Shown: positions 62,300 to 64,000 of the stretch, piece after piece
Layout: every line of letters begins with the position of its first letter
How positions within the stretch are numbered: position 1 is the stretch's first letter
From: Takakia lepidozioides
Taxonomy: Eukaryota; Plantae; Bryophyta
Direction of reading: 5' to 3'
DNA length: 64,000 nt
Assembly: GCA_030704615.1 (NCBI GenBank)
Contig: CM060732.1
Location: 19,158,001 to 19,222,000 of the forward strand
Translations under genes and position numbers: made by a program
Notes under the pieces: generated by a model
What the model was told of the DNA's origin: nothing
The model's database searches: none
What the model saw: the letters and a program-made list of their open reading frames with translations, nothing else

Positions 62300-63300
62300 G
62301 TCTTTAGAAGCAGACCATATTGAAATGTGGGGGCTATCGCAGGTTTGACCAGGTGAATTCTAGATCAGTGACCGATTCGGAAAAGGTATCCACTAGCCCA
62401 ACCGAGCTTGCATAGCATATCCCATGCAATTTGTTCAGTGTAACTAAGAAAATGAGAGTTGTGCTCCGAGCGATCAGAAGAGTTGTCAACCATATTGAAG
62501 TCACCCCCAATGACCCAATTATGAACAAGAGGCATCTCCGAAATTCTACTTCTAATAAGGTCCCACAATTAAGGTAGCACGCTCTAAGGACTGGTTAGGA
62601 GCATATGAATTGATGAAGGTCGTGTGGCCAAAGCATGACAAAAGGTTGGTGAAAACACACTGTACACGCCCTTGAACCCAAGTTTGGACCTCCTTGATCA
62701 TAGAAGACGAGAGTGAGGGGGAAGCCAGGAATACCGTGTGCCACGGGAGCTAGAAATAGTTGGATTCCACCACGCCACGTGAGCAAGCCAAAAGGTTTTC
62801 CCAATTGATCTCTTGCTGTCATCCAGTTTAATTTTTTGTAGGAAGATGAGGGTCAATCAGAGGCTACAAGGATGAAGCCCAGACCTTGACTCGTCGTCTC
62901 TTGGGCATAGAGACATCAGAGCCTATGCCTCAACTGATGTTCCAAGAGGCAGAGACCAACTCATGTAGGCAGGAGAAGGTAGCCCATGGAGCAAGCCCCA
63001 CGATTTGATGGCCGTAGTAAACAAACGCAAGGTAAGTCTTGAAACTGAGGAGAATCATTGTTCATACAAGCTTGGAGGAGCTGCAAATCGCAAGGAAGAA
63101 CATAGAGATATGCGACTTGTAGTCCAACAGCAGCAAACAGCCGAAGAGCCCTGATAACATTTATTTGATAGGAAAACAAAGATGAAGAATGAAGCTTCCG
63201 CATACACAACATACGGGCATGGGAAGATTCAAATCCCCCATTATTTGCTGGCATAACAAATAGAGCCTTGAATAGGGATCTATCCACACAGTGAGTTAGA
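62300..63300 (-). mobile_element. Degenerate LINE (non-LTR) relic
   Basis: APE endonuclease motifs WVIGGDFNMV and FTWSN at ~62335-62530; upstream extent uncertain. Confidence 0.6.
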
Positions 63301-64000
63301 GCCTAGCAATAACTGGAGGAGACAACATCAAGCAAAGAGAGCAACTGATAGCATCGAGGGTCGATGAAGAGGCTCACCGGGGAGGGGGAAGGGATGGCTA
63401 AGTCCATCAAGGAGAAAATATTGTCACCCGATGGAGGCTCTAAAGAGTGAATGTTCCTTTGGGAGTGCAGAACCTCTTCCACAATCTTCATTCTTGCAGC
63501 AAAAATGGGAGAGAGAAATCTCTTGTACCCCGGGCCTCACCAAAATTGTTTGGGATCTGATTCCCCGCCAGCCACATTAGAAATGAAAAGCTAGCATCTT
63601 GCAGCATTAGTCCGGAGAGCCTCATGGACATAGGTAGAAGGTGGATGGAGTAGAACTTCCCAGAGGTAGACTAATGGAGATTTGAACCAAATAAGATGGA
63701 GGTGCTTGAAGTAAGAGTGAGATGAGGGAGGGGGGAGCGGAAAATACTTTGGATCGTCGATAGAATTGTATCCATCTCTTTTCCCTGGGACAGAGAAACC
63801 AAGTCATCCGGGAAAAAATAAGAGCCAATGAAAGAACCATTTCATGTGGCTAGAATAGCGGGGGCACCATCTGGAAACCCAAAACAACAAGAGTGATCTG
63901 AATGGCAACGTTGAGGGGCCCATTGGGCGAGGAGTCATCAGCCAATATAAGCCTATTGAAGGACTTCAATCTAGTGCTGTAGAAGGCCCCGAAGTTTTAT

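Overview
Eukaryotic nuclear DNA, most likely from a non-seed land plant. This is inferred from the many PLS-type PPR fragments, a DNMT3-type methyltransferase and piggyBac remnants. About the first 51 kb is a nest of decayed mobile elements. The main element is a Ty3/gypsy LTR retrotransposon (~10.36-25.5 kb) whose pol carries a complete-length DNMT3-like C5 cytosine methyltransferase between the protease and the reverse transcriptase. It is interrupted by a 6-kb non-autonomous CACTA element (ATT target-site duplication) loaded with PPR and OSB 'PDF-motif' gene fragments. To its left lie a DUF7869/Sola-like transposase pseudogene, a ~50-bp-period hairpin array, a kinase pseudogene and an unannotated reading frame of RNA polymerase II CTD-like heptads that is cut off at the LTR. 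To its right lie a near-intact CACTA tnp2 transposase, more OSB/PPR cargo, a spliced ParB/Srx-like pseudogene, a dispersed 18-bp palindrome and a 111-bp satellite. The only clearly intact host gene is a 6-exon organellar ribosomal protein S15 (uS15) family gene (51.7-54.4 kb, minus strand). It is followed by a 401-aa coiled-coil ORF, a piggyBac transposase relic, a foldback element with tRNA-like ends and a LINE relic. All domain calls are from motif recognition by eye; no searches were run.
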